From: Candidatus Latescibacterota bacterium | GTDB lineage: Bacteria; Latescibacterota; UBA2968; GCA-2709665 | Length of the DNA stretch: 64,000 nucleotides | Direction of reading: 5' to 3' | NCBI GenBank assembly: GCA_963667175.2 | Contig: CAXXXF010000015.1 | Coordinates: 576,001 to 640,000 of the forward strand | In this document: positions 18,957-29,725 of the stretch, piece after piece | Numbering within the stretch: the stretch's first letter is position 1 | How the letters are laid out: each line of letters starts with the position of its first letter | Translations under genes and position numbers: made by a program | Notes under the pieces: generated by a model | Seen by the model: the letters and a program-made list of their open reading frames with translations, nothing else | The model's database searches: none | What the model was told of the DNA's origin: nothing

Positions 18957-20330
18957 TCAGACGCGCACCCAATACAGCTGGTTGTCGATGGTCTCGCCCT
19001 CGTCCGCGTATCGGGATTCGCCCAGCGTGTAGATGAATGACGGACGGACGCCTGCCGGGATCGGGTTGGCGCCGTTCGGGCGTTCCAGGGAAGACATAAC
19101 CTGACCCTGTTCAGGGTCGAATGCGAGCACCTCGCGCGGCGTGAACGTCTCCCCGTAATCGGACGATTCGAGCCACACGATGCGTGAGAGTTCGTCATGC
19201 TCGCGCAGCCAGAAGGTTGGCAGTCCATAGACGCCGGGGGCCCAGTTCGCGTCTGGATGCCCCAGGGCAACGAGCTGGGCGAGAACGCAAAGGACGTCAT
19301 CGGACGTCATTACCGGCTTGAACGCGAGTATCCCCCAACCGGGCCATTGCGACGCCACGGCCTCACTCAACGGCAGTTCACGCCACCTCCCGGCGTCGGG
19401 CGTCTTCAAGAAGGCACGACAGGGCGTGGGTGTGTGGCGCACGTAGCCGACGTAGGGTCGGTCCTTCGAATCGACGGCCAGGCCGCAGTGGTCAATGCCT
19501 GGCTTGGGGTTGTTGCTCTCACCCTCCTCCAGCAGGTCGAGCGTGTCGGACGTCGCCGGACGCGGAACCGGCGTCCCGTCGTCCTTCTGCCAGGTACGGC
19601 CGAAGTCGAACGAGCGCATGTAGCCCACGGCCTGGTACAGACCGGATACGTCGCGTGAGTGCTCCCCCGCATTCGGCGTGCGACCCAGGAAAAAGGCCGT
19701 GCTCATGTGCATTGTCTGCCGATCCGGGCCCCAGGCCACGTCGTTGTTCATGCCGGTGTACCCGGTGAAACGCGGCTGCCGGGTCGCGATCAGGCCGCGG
19801 CTCTGCCACGGACCGTCAGAACGCCTTACCCACGTCTCCATGCCCTTGTGGCTGCCGTCGCGGACCATGAGGTGAAGCGTGTCGTCGGGGCCGCACAGGA
19901 GCACGGGATAGGTGTTTCGGCCAAAGGCCTCGACGGGGGTCCAGGCCGACGCATCGTGCGGCCGCAGCGATCGCTGGTACTGCAGCGGCGAGTTGTGTCC
20001 GCCCATGACCATATGCAGGTAGCCCTGGCTGTCAACCGCAAGGGTGGGACGGGAATGCTCGTCGACGCCCTCGGCCAGAACGGCGCCGGCGGTCCACCTG
20101 CCCGTTTCATGATCGAGCGTGCGCACCCGGGCGAAGTACCTCTGGTCGTTCGAGTCCTGCCACGCAATGTGGGTCCTGCCGCGGCAGGTAACGATCTTGT
20201 TCCCCGGGCCCTGGCTTGCGCGCTCGCCGGCGATCACGGACAGCAAGGCGTCGCCGCGGTTGCGATCTGCCGCGGCGAACGGGTCGCCCACGTCGCAGGT
20301 CCTGATACGTTCGAGCAACTCAGTCGCCAT
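18957..20330 (-). CDS. BNR/Asp-box repeat beta-propeller protein (BNR_4-like)
   Basis: DEHSRPTLAVDSQGYLH..GGHN, YMRSFDFGRTW, ESSDYGETF. Confidence 0.75.
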   Translation of the reverse strand: MATELLERIRTCDVGDPFAAADRNRGDALLSVIAGERASQGPGNKIVTCRGRTHIAWQDSNDQRYFARVRTLDHETGRWTAGAVLAEGVDEHSRPTLAVDSQGYLHMVMGGHNSPLQYQRSLRPHDASAWTPVEAFGRNTYPVLLCGPDDTLHLMVRDGSHKGMETWVRRSDGPWQSRGLIATRQPRFTGYTGMNNDVAWGPDRQTMHMSTAFFLGRTPNAGEHSRDVSGLYQAVGYMRSFDFGRTWQKDDGTPVPRPATSDTLDLLEEGESNNPKPGIDHCGLAVDSKDRPYVGYVRHTPTPCRAFLKTPDAGRWRELPLSEAVASQWPGWGILAFKPVMTSDDVLCVLAQLVALGHPDANWAPGVYGLPTFWLREHDELSRIVWLESSDYGETFTPREVLAFDPEQGQVMSSLERPNGANPIPAGVRPSFIYTLGESRYADEGETIDNQLYWVRV

Positions 20331-20499
20331 TGATCTCCTCCTTCGTCATTCATCGAGCGCCGGATGCCGTTTATGCGGCAAGCGCCCGGGATATCCCGGG
20401 CGCAAAAGAAAAGACTTGATAACTGAATGTAAGTCCATTCGCTATGGAAACTCAAGAAGGAGTCGCTGTCGCTTTGTGCGCGGGATTTCGAGCCTGCCG

Positions 20500-21222
20500 A
20501 CTTTGCACAGAATGACAACTTGGGCGATGAACATCCGCGAATCCCATCCGTTTCCCCTCGCCCAGCATGTCATCCTGAGGAGGCCGTCCTGCCTGGCTGC
20601 GTTTCATCGGCAGGCAGGCCGACGAAGGATCTACTGCGGCATCGCTTGATGCCCGAGCGTGTTCTGTCATTCGCGGGGAGCAGGATGGCGGCACGTCCGT
20701 CGCGGAAGGCCGGGCGCCTGCCTGCCGCGGGAAGCGAAGCGGCGCAGGCAGGCGGCAGGCAGGCGGACATTCCTGTCTGCCCACGTCAATGTCGTTCCTG
20801 TCGGGATCGACACAGATCGAGGATTCCGCCAGGCAACAAAGCCTCCGCGCAGATGGGCCGGTGAACGGGTCCGCTGCTCGTCAAGCCGAGGTGACGGGAG
20901 ATTCTTCGCTGCGCTCAGAATGACATCCTGGGCGATGAACATCCGCGAAACACATCCGTTACACCCTCGCCCAACATGTCATCCTGAGGAGGCCGGTATG
21001 CCTGCCAGAGAATCATCGGCAGGCAGGCTGACGAAGGATCTACTGCAGCATAGGTACACACCAGTGTGATTTGTACGTGTCAATACCTGTCAGGCGGCAC
21101 GTCCGTCGCGGAAGGCCGGGCGACCACGAGGGACGCCCCTACAAAGGCCATGGTGGAGGCGATGAGAAATCCGCTCTGAGGGTGGGGCCTGCCTGCGCCA
21201 AGCGGAGCGCCTGTCTGCCCTT
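20500..21222. repeat. Composite intergenic repeat, ~410-bp units
   Basis: GTCATCCTGAGGAGG..GACGAAGGATCT at 20569 and 20978, AGATTCTTCGCTGCGCTCAGAATGAC, and CCTG hairpins at 20588-20618 and 20717-20763. Confidence 0.8.
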
Positions 21223-21224
21223 TA

Positions 21225-23582
21225 TCACTCATACCGCAACGCATCGACAGGATTCGCCCGGGCAGCGCGGGCGACCTGAAGGCTCACGGCCAGGAGTACC
21301 ACGAGAAGCGTGAGCAGGCCTCCCAACAGAAAGGTCCCGATCCCCGGGTCCACGCGATACGCGAAATCCTGCAGCCAGCGCTCCGCCGCTACGTAAGCCA
21401 CAGGCGACGCGATCAGAGTCGCGATGCCGACGAGTATCACATATTCGCGGGTGAGTAGCGAGACGATACGCGACGTTGGCGCGCCCAGGACTTTTCGAAT
21501 CCCGATTTCCTTCGTTCGCCTGGCGACAGTGAGCGACGTCATCCCGAACGCTCCCAGGCAGGCAATGAATACGGCGAAGAACGTCGCGTAGCCGAGAATT
21601 CTTAGCCACCTGTTTTCCGCCCGGTATTGCCGGTCAATTAAGTCATCGATGAAGAGATAATCGAAGTCTTCGTCGGGCGCCATTTCTTTCCAATTCTCTT
21701 CCAGGAAACGAACGGTTCCTGCCCTGTCGTCCGGCCGAATGCGAAGCATCAGCATTTTTGGAGGAGAAGACCTTGGATGACGAAATAGAAGCATCACGGC
21801 AGGTCTTACGGGATGATGCAGTGAATGAAAGTGAAAATTCCGAACCACGCCTACGACTGTTAATCTCCGGCCACGGAGCCCCCCTATCCGTAACGTCTTT
21901 CCAAGAGGCAATTGCCATCCCAATCTCTCAACCAGAGCCTCGTTTACGAGCACGGACGTTCTTGCATCACCTTCTCTCTCAAAATCCCGCCCTGACTTCA
22001 ACTGTATGTGCAGTGTCTCCAACAAGCCCGGATCACATTGAAAAATCTCGACACCCTTCAGGGTCGTGCCTTTCCAAGCTACATCAATATAGCTCCGAAT
22101 CATGTTGCTGAAAACGTGACCTGTTCCCGTTGTCTTCAACACGGCATGGTATGACCGGGCTATCTCCTGATAGGTCTTGTAACCTGTTTCACCCAATTTA
22201 GGCACATTAAAGACGACCAGAACATGCTCTGGGTTAAATCCCAACGGTTTTGTTGCCATCATATTCAGTTGTCGGGCGACTAAGGTCGTACATGCAACCA
22301 ATAATATCGAAATGGCAACCTGAAATACCACGAGTACCCGTCTGACGTGGCCCATTCGGTCCAATCTCATCTGCCCTCTAAGCGCATCGACCGGCAGAAA
22401 TCCGGACATAAAGAAAGCCGGATAACCTCCTGAAACGATGCCGACAACCAGCAGAAGAAGAATCAGAAAACCGGGAGCGGCCGAATCCGCCAGATCGGAA
22501 AGTGAAAACTCCCTTTGGGCCAGACCGTTAAACCCTGACATGAATGACTCGGCCAGCGCCAGCCCAAGCGCGAGCGCAATCGACGTCAGCAGGACAGATT
22601 CAATCAAAAACTGCATCGCCAGTTGCGTTCGCAGACCGCCGGCGACCTTGCGCAATCCAATCTCACGTATACGGGAAGATGCCCTGCTCACGGAAAGATT
22701 GGTATAATTGACCGTTGCAACAACCAGCACAAGCATCGCTATTCCTGCCAAGATGTATGTATAGGCGGGATTGCCCGCGGGGCTTATTCCGACGCCCGCG
22801 CAATCGAAGTGAATGTCGCGCAGCGGCTGCAGTTTTAATTCCTTCCAAAATGGGCTCTTGGGCCATGTCGACACAAGATCTTTCAAACGTCTCTCGACTT
22901 CGGATGGACCGATATGGTCGGGCAACAATATGTACGTTGTTAACAATCTGTACTTCCATCTCGGATCATCGGCCGAGAGTTCAAGCCTGGAGAGAAGTCC
23001 GAAGCGAATGCTCGAATTCTTGGGCACTGACTCAATCAGCCCGGAAACCGTTAATTCCCGGACGCTGGCATCCGCGCCATCATCGGTCTTGATTGAAAGC
23101 GTTTCTCCCATCGGGTCTTCATCCGGAAAATACTTCTCGGCTATTTCCCTGGTGATGGCGACACTGTGCGGATCCTTAAGCGCCATTGAAGGATCGCCCT
23201 TCAGGAACGGAAAGGAAAAAACCTCAAAGATGTCGGGATCCACGAAATTGATCCTTTCCTCTATCGTCGTGTCGCGATGCTGAATGAAGCGGTATCGGGT
23301 ATTCATCCTCACGATTCGGACATCAGGAAGCACCTCCGCCAACGCCGTGGCCAGCGCGGAGGGAGCGCCGGACATGCTGGTTCCGTCATCGTCTTCCGCG
23401 TACACCCTGTAGATCCGATCGGCGTTTTCGTGAAACGCATCGTAGGTCCACTCGTGACGCACATAGAGGAACGCGAGCAGACAGAACGCAATCGCGATGC
23501 CCAGACCCACCACGTTGATCGCGGCATACAGCGGGTGCCGCAGCAGATTCCGATACGCGACCTTTAGATAATTCCTGAACAT
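21225..23582 (-). CDS. ABC transporter permease (paralog 5)
   Basis: MFRNYLKVAYRNLLRHP...ANPVDALRYE; both termini nearly identical to paralog 8. Confidence 0.92.
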   Translation of the reverse strand: MFRNYLKVAYRNLLRHPLYAAINVVGLGIAIAFCLLAFLYVRHEWTYDAFHENADRIYRVYAEDDDGTSMSGAPSALATALAEVLPDVRIVRMNTRYRFIQHRDTTIEERINFVDPDIFEVFSFPFLKGDPSMALKDPHSVAITREIAEKYFPDEDPMGETLSIKTDDGADASVRELTVSGLIESVPKNSSIRFGLLSRLELSADDPRWKYRLLTTYILLPDHIGPSEVERRLKDLVSTWPKSPFWKELKLQPLRDIHFDCAGVGISPAGNPAYTYILAGIAMLVLVVATVNYTNLSVSRASSRIREIGLRKVAGGLRTQLAMQFLIESVLLTSIALALGLALAESFMSGFNGLAQREFSLSDLADSAAPGFLILLLLVVGIVSGGYPAFFMSGFLPVDALRGQMRLDRMGHVRRVLVVFQVAISILLVACTTLVARQLNMMATKPLGFNPEHVLVVFNVPKLGETGYKTYQEIARSYHAVLKTTGTGHVFSNMIRSYIDVAWKGTTLKGVEIFQCDPGLLETLHIQLKSGRDFEREGDARTSVLVNEALVERLGWQLPLGKTLRIGGLRGRRLTVVGVVRNFHFHSLHHPVRPAVMLLFRHPRSSPPKMLMLRIRPDDRAGTVRFLEENWKEMAPDEDFDYLFIDDLIDRQYRAENRWLRILGYATFFAVFIACLGAFGMTSLTVARRTKEIGIRKVLGAPTSRIVSLLTREYVILVGIATLIASPVAYVAAERWLQDFAYRVDPGIGTFLLGGLLTLLVVLLAVSLQVARAARANPVDALRYE

Positions 23583-23669
23583 CGTCGAATTCTCGCGGAT
23601 TGATCCCTTCACATCAACCTGGCGCGGCTCTGCTGTGCCCGGCTGCGACCGAAGCTTTCAAGCCAACGA

Positions 23670-24037
23670 AGCCTCCGGGCATATGGGCCGGTGAAGGCGT
23701 CCGCTGCACGTCAAACCGAGGAGACGGGAGATTCTTCGCTTCGCTCAGAATGACATGTTTTGCACTCGACATCCGCGAAATGTTTCGTTCAGTCCTGTGC
23801 CAAACCTGTCATCCTGAGGAAGCCGCCCTGCCTGCCAGAGAATCATCGGCAGGCAGGCTGACGAAGGATCTACTGCGGCATCGCTTGAACCCCGACCGTC
23901 TTTTGTCATTCGCCGTGGCCTGGCAGGCGGCACGTTTGCGCCCACACTGTCAGGCTGAGGCGGCGCGTGTGTTGATGCGCCCGCCCAAACTGCCATGTTG
24001 ACGAATCCAATGCGAGGGCGGACATTCCTGTCTGCCG
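23670..24037. repeat. Composite intergenic repeat unit, same family as 20500-21222 and 26440-27950
   Basis: GCATATGGGCCGGTGAAGG, AGATTCTTCGCTTCGCTCAGAATGAC, GTCATCCTGAGG..GAAGGATCT, GGACATTCCTGTCTGCC. Confidence 0.8.
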
Positions 24038-24041
24038 ACCA

Positions 24042-26425
24042 TCACTCATACCGCAACGCGTCCACCGGATTCGCGCGGGCTGCTTTGAGCGTCTCATAGC
24101 TCACGGTCAGTAGCGCAATCCACAACGCTAACAAGCCCCCAAGGACAAACGTGGAGATGCCCGGATCAATCCGGTAGGCGAATTTCCCAGCCATCTCGTC
24201 ATCGCAAAGTAGGCGATCGGCCAGGCGACGAGATTGGCAACACCGACAAGCAGGACATATTCTTTTGACAAGAGCAAGACAATACTGGAAACAGATGCCC
24301 CCACCGCCTTCCGGATACCGATCTCCTTGGTACGTTGTTGCACACTTATGGACGCCAGGCCAAACAGACCAAGAGCTGCCACGACAATCGCCAGGACTGA
24401 GAAACTGCCGAATAGCATCCCCAGCCGAGCTTCCGTCCGGTACAGCCGGTCGAATGACGCATCCAGAAACGAGTATTCAAACGGCGTATTCGGTACGACT
24501 TCGCGCCATTCAGTTCTCAGAAAATCCAGCGTATCCCCAATATCCTCCGGTCGTATCCGGATGGAAATGTAGTCTCTTGTCCAACCTCCGCCCGTCATGA
24601 TCACAAGCGGTTCAATCTCATAATGGAGAGACTTGTAATGAAAGTCATTCACAACCCCCACGACGTCTCCCTGGAGTCCCGCTTTCATTTCAGCACCTTC
24701 TCCATAGACGTCCATTCCAATCCTTTTATTCTCACAGGTAGTCCACCCCAGATTCCTCATCGCCGCTTGATTCAGTATAAAGGCTCCCTTGCGATCGCTT
24801 GAAACGTCATCCGAAAATGCCCTTCCCTCCAATACTTCAATTCCAAACGTCTCGATGAACCCGTGATCCACGTACATCACATTCATCAGCACAGCATCTT
24901 TGTAGGCGCCTTCCGTGAAGGGGAAAAACAAATTTCCGGGCATCACTCCGCCTGGTACAGTCGAAGAGGCTGTTACATTCAGTACGGCGCTGTGTGCCGA
25001 CACCTTATTTCGGTAGCGCCGCTCCGGCGCGCCGCCGCCGTTCGGCATGACAACGATATGTTCCTTTCGAAATCCAAGACGCCTGTTTCGAATAAACTCT
25101 GCCTGGTCATAAACCAAACCGGTCCCGATGACCAGAATGACCGATATTGCAAATTGGACGATAATGAGCGTCTTTCGAATGGCAGATTGTTTCGATCCGG
25201 CGTCCATCACCCCTTTGAATACCAGCACCGGTTTAAGCGCAGAGAGAAAAAACGCGGGATAGCTTCCGGAGAACAAGCCAGAAAACAGTGCAATGCCGAT
25301 CAGAGCCAACAGAGTGTTTCGGCTTTTCAGGTAATCAACGACCAGGTCGCGTTCGACAAAGGCTTCAAATGACGGAAGCAGCATCTCCACCATTACACCG
25401 GCGATGACAATGGCAATGGAAGCCAGCAACGTCGATTCGCCCAAAAACTGACCGATCAACTCACCCCGGTTCGCGCCGACCACTTTCCGCATCCCAATCT
25501 CCTTTGAGCGGTACTCCGAGCGGGCGGTCGAAAGGTTCATGAAATTGATACACGCGAGCATTAATACAATAAACGCGATAACCAGAAAGAGATAGACATA
25601 CCGGATATCCCCGTTGGGACTGATTTCAAAATCCAAGTGTGAATGAAGGTGAATATCGGTCAATGGCTGCAGAAAGAGCTTCAATTGAACACCCGCAGCT
25701 TCCATATCTGCTCCGAGGTGCCTGTGGATGAAACCCGGCAACTTCGATTCGACCTCCTCGGCAGCCTGCGTGGCCTGCAAGAGCAGATAGGTATGGAAGT
25801 CTATGCTAAGCCAGCCCTTGCTGATGTCTAGCGATGCGAGAAAGTCGAACTGTAAATGCGATCTGTTTTTTGAGTTCCTCAACACACCCGAAATCTTATG
25901 GGTGTTGCCGCCCAACGAAAGCGTCCGCCCCATCGGATCTTCGTCGCCGAAATATTTCCGAGCCACTGCTTCCGTCAGGACAATGGAATTCGGCTCCTGG
26001 AGTGCGGTTTGAGGATCACCTTTGCTCAGGGGAAAATCGAACACCTGGAAGACGTTTGAATCGACGAACAGGACGCCTCTCTCGTAGAAATGACGCTGCT
26101 GATTTGCAACAAGCGTCTTTTCATCTTTACGGTGAAACCTGACCGCGTCTTCTACTGACGGGTATTCTTGAACGAGAGTTGAACCCATTGGGAATGATGT
26201 AACGGCGAACCGACCGGGCGCACCTTCCGAATGTATCTCTGTGGCGAGCCGGAAAATCCGATCCGCATTCCTGTGGTGCCGGTCATAGCTCAATTCATCT
26301 TGAACGTAAAGGAGTATGAGCAAGCAGCAGGCCATGCCGATTGCAAGACCGAGGATGTTTATCGCCGAAAACGTCTTGTTCCTCATCAGGTTGCGAATGG
26401 CGACTTTCAGGTAGTTTGCGACCAC
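24042..26425 (-). pseudogene. ABC transporter permease (paralog 6) with a 1-nt frameshift near 24183
   Basis: The ORF drifts after MTRWLG. The conserved tail FAYRIDPGISTFVLGG...ANPVDALRYE* continues in another frame to TGA at 24042-24044. Confidence 0.8.
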
Positions 26426-26439
26426 GTAGGGTCACCTCC

Positions 26440-27950
26440 AGCGTTTCTTTGACGCGGCTTCGCTCAGAACGAATGGGCGCCCGCCCAAACTGTCATGCTA
26501 AGAAATCCGTTGTGAGGGTGGGGCCTGCCTCGACGTCGCTCACAAAAACAGGCCGGCCGATCTCCAAACGTGTCATCCTGAGGAGGCCGCCCTGTCTGCC
26601 AGAGATTCATCGGCAGGCAGGCCGACGAAGGATCTACTGCAGCATCGCTCGATACCCGACCGTCTTTTTTCATTCGCCGCGGGCTGACAGGCGGCACGTT
26701 TGCGCCTACATGGCCAGGCGGCGCAAGCGCGTGTGATGATGCAACCGCCCAGACTGTCATGTTTAGAATCCGTAGTGAAGGCGGGGCGGACATTCCTGTC
26801 TGCCCACGGCAATGGCATTCTGTCGGCATGGACGCAGATTGACGAGGCCGCCAGGCCAACAATGCCTCCGCGCATATGGGCCGGTGAAGGCTTGCGCTGC
26901 ATGTCAACCCGAATAGACGGGAGATTCTTCGCTCCGCTCAGAATGACATGTCTTGCAATAACGCTTGCCGAGACGTCTCCGTCACACCCTCGCCCATCAT
27001 GTCATCCTGAGGAAGCCGTCCTGCCTGCTGGCGGTTCACCGGCAGGCTGGCTGACGAAGGATCTACTGCGGCATCGCTTGATACCCGAGCGTCTTCTGTC
27101 ATTCGCCGTGACGTGGAAGGCGGCACGTCTGCGCCTACACGGCCAGGCGGAGCAAACGCGTGTGATAATGCACCCGCCCAGACTGTCATGTTTAGAATTC
27201 CGATGTGAGGGTGGGGCAGACATTCCTGTCTGCCCAAGTCAATGTCATTCTGTCGGCATGGACGTAGACTGAGGAAACCGCCAATGAAACGAAGCGTCCG
27301 CGCATATGGGCCGGTGAAGGCTTGCGCTGCATGTCAACCCGAATAGACGGGAGATTCTTCGCTGCGCTCAGAATGACATGTCTTGCAATGGATATGAGCG
27401 AAATGTTTCGGTCATACGTTTGCCAGGTCCATCACCCGCTCGGCCTGTGCCCCTCCCTGAGCCTGCGGTTCCTGAGCCGTTCCCTGAGCCTGTCGAAGGG
27501 CCGGCGAAGGGATTGCGAACGGTTTATGGGCTGCCTGAATGCGGGCATTTCGAAAAGCTCAATGACCACTTTTTGATAGGCCACTTCGACAAGCTCAGCG
27601 CTGGCAGAACGGGCAATGACCACGTTTCGACAGGGGCTTTCGGCTCCGCTCAGAATGACTGTTTGACTGACCTCCGACTGCGAGACGTTTCCGTCATACG
27701 TTCGCCCAAGCATGTCATCCTGAGGAAGCCGCCTTGCCTGCCAGCGGTTCATCGGCAGGCTGGCTGACGAAGGATCTACTGCGGCATCGCTTGATACCCG
27801 AGCGTCTTCTGTCATTCGCCGTGACGTGGAAGGCGGCACGTCTGCGCCTGCACGGCCAGGCGGAGCAAACGCGTGTGATAATGCACCCGCCCAAACTATC
27901 ATGCTTAGAAATCCGGTGCGAGGGTGGGGCGGACATTCCTGTCTGCCCGC
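26440..27950. repeat. Tandem array of ~430-bp composite repeat units
   Basis: GTCATCCTGAGG at 26573, 27001 and 27714; CGCATATGGG at 26871 and 27301; GGGGCRGACATTCCTGTCTGCCC near 26783, 27213 and 27926. Confidence 0.85.
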
Positions 27951-29725
27951 TCTTACTCATACCGTAGCGCGTCGACAGGATTCGTGCACGCAGTTCTCCA
28001 AGCGCGATGACTCACAGTGGTCAACGCAATAAAAAACGCCAGAAAACCACCCATGACAAAAGGCCATACATCCAGATCAATGCGATAGGCAAAATTCCGT
28101 AACCACGCGTTCATTGCATAATATGCAACTGGCCATGCAATGAGATTTGCAAGTCCGACAAGCAGGACGAATTCTCTGGACATTAGCAGAACGACTGTGG
28201 AAACAGACGCGCCGAGGACCTTTCTGATGCCGATCTCCTTGACGCGCCGTTGCGCGCTGAATGAAGCCAGGCCAAACAGCCCAAGACTTGCGACAAGTAT
28301 GGCGAGGAGTGAGAACAGACCAAACAGCCTGCCAATCTGTTGTTCTTCACGATGCAGTTTCTCGTAATCATCGTCCAGGAAGAAATAATCGAACGGTGTA
28401 TTCGGCGCAATATCACCCCACTGCGCCTTTAGAAAACTGAGTGTACCAGCGATATCATCCGATCGAATCCTGATAACGAAATACTCAAACCACGTTTCCT
28501 GCGTCGTGATAATCAGAGGTTCGATTTCATGATGCAAAGACTGATAGTGAAAATCCTTCACAACGCCGACAACCTTTCCTCTGTATTCTACCTTTATTTC
28601 GTTGCCCTGTGGCCATATTTTCTCCAAATCCTTACCTACACACGAACTCCAACCGAATTTTCGCATGGCAGCTTCATTGAGGATAAGTTCGCCACGGTCA
28701 TCACGCGGATTTTTTTCCACAAAGCCTCTGCCTTCTACGAGTTCAAGCCCAAGTGTGGAGACGAATTCGTTGTCAACCACCAATTTGTTCATCCCAAAGC
28801 CATCCTCAGATCCGCCATCACGAGGAGATCGAAAAAGACCGGCGGGAAATGGTCGACCAGGCAGACTTGAAGTCGTCGAAGTGCTCAATACATCTGCATA
28901 CTCCGACAATCTCGATTTATATCGCTTTGACGCCTCAATGCCGGGATACGGCAATACTACGACCTGTTCCTTATTGAAACCCAGTTCCTTGTTTCTGATG
29001 TAATCCGACTGATCGTAAACAACAATCGTTCCGACAATTAGAATTACCGAAATGGCAAATTGAAACACGACAAGAGTTTTACGTGAACTGGATTTCTGCA
29101 ACCCAATCTTCACTGTGCTCTTGAAGACCTCTGCTGGCCGAAGAGCTGAGAGAATCAAGGCAGGATAAATCCCGGAGAGTAAGCCTGAAAACATCGCCAT
29201 CCCTATCAGGACAGACAGCACATCCAAACCTCCCGCGTATTCCAATTCCAACTCGCGGGAGATAAGGGCGTTAAACAAAGGAAGCGAGACCTCAACAATT
29301 ACAACAGCCAAGAATGACGAAAACAACGCCAACAAGATCGATTCGCCCATAAACTGGCGGAAAAGCTGTGAGCCGTCGGCGCCTACCACTCTTCGCATAC
29401 TCACTTCTTTTGACCGCGCCGTTGACCGTGCCGTTGACAGATTCGTAAAATTGATGCAAGCCAATACCAACACAATGAAGGCAATGATCAGGAAGAGATA
29501 AACATGGCGAATATCGCCGTTGGGACTCATTTCCCACTCCAAACTGGAATTCAAATGAATGTCAGCCAGGGGTTGCAGGAAGTACTTGATGTGTAAACCT
29601 GCAGCTTTGGCTCGTTTCCCTATGGGGAATGTACCTATCTTAGTTGAAATAGAAGAGGCTCCGATGTAAATTGGATACAGTAGTCCCGAGTAGAATACTG
29701 TATCCTCATACGAAAGGAGCCTGTA

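Noticed and set aside
26440-27950. Possible CRISPR array
   Set aside because: The period is ~430 nt, the spacers are conserved rather than unique, and no cas genes are present.
20452-27967. Many short ORFs with PACLP/RQAGR/VILRR peptides
   Set aside because: They are translations of palindromic repeats in several frames on both strands, with no RBS or coding signal.
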